DNA of 64,000 nt from Anthoceros angustus (taxonomy: Eukaryota > Plantae > Anthocerotophyta): assembly GCA_010909165.1 (NCBI GenBank), contig MU008152.1, forward strand, positions 186,001 through 250,000, given 5' to 3'. Every line of letters begins with the position of its first letter. Positions within the stretch are counted from its first letter, which is position 1. The translations under genes and the position numbers were made by a program. Below, in pieces: positions 62,551 to 64,000 of the stretch. A model generated the notes under the pieces. That model searched no databases and was not told the DNA's origin. It saw nothing but the letters and a program-made list of their open reading frames with translations.

Positions 62551-63458
62551 AGAAGCGGTAGCAAGCCTGTCACGCTGATCGAGGACAATACCACAGCCCT
62601 TCCGGCATCATCGTGAGAGGGTAGGCAGTAAAATAAATTGGAATCCGCTTATGTTGCAACTTCTCCTTGCAATCCGTCTGAACTGGTCATCTATCGTTAA
62701 CCCCAAAATTTAACATAGGCATCACTTAAAAGCGGGATCCGGTTTGGGTAATACCACAATTGTGGAATCTAGATTTGGCAAATGGCATGAAGTGCGCCCA
62801 GTGGTCAGTGTGATCTTTCAGATGCGCCCACATCCTTACCACAGAAGCACTAGATACTACCACTATCAGTATTTCCTTGATGCATGACACATAGCCCGGT
62901 TAGGCCAATGACGTCTCCAATGTATCGGTTGTCATCATTTGCCGCAGATACACATAATCTCCCACATGAAATTTGCGTAGCTTGGGCGACAAGTACCACT
63001 AAGGTGTAAGCATAGCGAAGCGAATCCTATCTTGGCGTCAATTCGAGATTGGCCATGGCCATGGTCATAGCTCACGGAAATAAGCGACACGTTAAGCACG
63101 ACTCACCTTAGCCCACCTAGCGATTGGGATTGTCCAGGTCTCTACCACATGTTGCATATCCTTAGCAGCAACCAGCAGTGGCAGCTGGATCACGTCCAAA
63201 AGCAGTAAAATATTGAGATACCCGACATTGAGCTCCATTTTATGTGTGGGTGGTTGTTGGGCTGAGTGTGCTTTGACCCAGACTAGCACATGATAGTATT
63301 CCTGCGAGAATTGTTGTATGACAAGAGTGTAGAGGTGAGAGTTTTGATAGGCTGGTTGTTTTTCACGACAATCGTCCTTTGCCCACTACATCCTGACCTT
63401 GCGGGACTAGCCCCACGTTCACACACGAGACTTCCTCGAGTGGTTCTAGGGTTCGAGG

Positions 63459-64000
63459 CGGACAAAGCCATGACTGGCAGTCATATGCTCCTTGGTGTCC
63501 CTACCCTCAGGGGTGTTGACTCCCTCCCAATGTATAAGAGCTTTACTTCCATGCCCTGTCCAGGTGTGCCCATTCCTCACAGTGACACTAACTTCTACGC
63601 GTCATCTACGCAGTGGCTATGGAAGCATCCTTCAACCAAGTCGCTGATTGATTACAAGGATCCCAAGTGTTAACGTGTAAGTGACTAGGCTTGACCCCAA
63701 ATGACCCTCGCGGTTCGTGGATCCTAGACCCCCCCCTCCTCCGCCTTGCGTTCCTCAATTGTTCCCTCTCCCGCTTTCGCGGTTTGTTGTAAGTTCGGGA
63801 GCCGACAGGGGAGCAAAAAGAGCGTTACAAAGGGGAATTGCACAGCTGCGCACCTTCCCAACCATCATCTTCTTCCCGAAGGGCAGTTTTTAAGAGCCAT
63901 CAAGGCACCTGTCCGACCGTCCAGGAGCAATGAACGTAGGAAACTCCTTTAGCTTGCTTTCGTGGAAGCCTCCAACAGAGACATTTTTGTATCATATTAA
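63459..64000 (+). pseudogene. Second truncated APR 3' copy
   Basis: Near-identical to the copy starting at 59879. Confidence 0.88.

Larger units (their letters stand above)
58970..64000. repeat. ~3.58 kb tandem duplication (unit 58970-62550; second copy from 62551, cut by the window end)
   Basis: AGAAGCGGTAGCAAGCCTGTCACG at 58970 and 62551; the copies are nearly identical. Confidence 0.92.

Overview
Eukaryotic DNA with short GT-AG introns, from a land plant; gene style suggests a bryophyte such as a hornwort, but this cannot be proven from the window. The first ~21 kb is genic: an unidentified gene, a 3'-5' exonuclease/Mut7-C gene, RPL37a with an intronic double-guide box C/D snoRNA, a deleted pogo-type transposon, satellites, a PQQ-type beta-propeller gene, an inverted chimeric pseudo-duplicate, and APS reductase. 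From ~23 kb on it is a nested, frameshift-ridden transposon stack. The outer element is a Ty3/gypsy with the order Gag-protease-DNMT3-like C5 cytosine methyltransferase-RT. Its methyltransferase domain is split at a ~19.3 kb Copia insertion and rejoins in frame when the insertion is removed. Inside that insertion are a nearly intact second Copia gag-pol and a ~12.7 kb DNA transposon carrying a ParB-like + beta-class amino (N6A/N4C) DNA methyltransferase gene. The right end holds a Gypsy RT-RH-IN relic, an inverted integrase-PHD fragment, and a ~3.58 kb tandem unit containing the APR 3' end. Many tandem copies differ by scattered 1-3 nt indels, so part of the apparent decay or duplication may be assembly noise. 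All protein assignments come from motifs read by eye, often across frameshifts; no searches were run.
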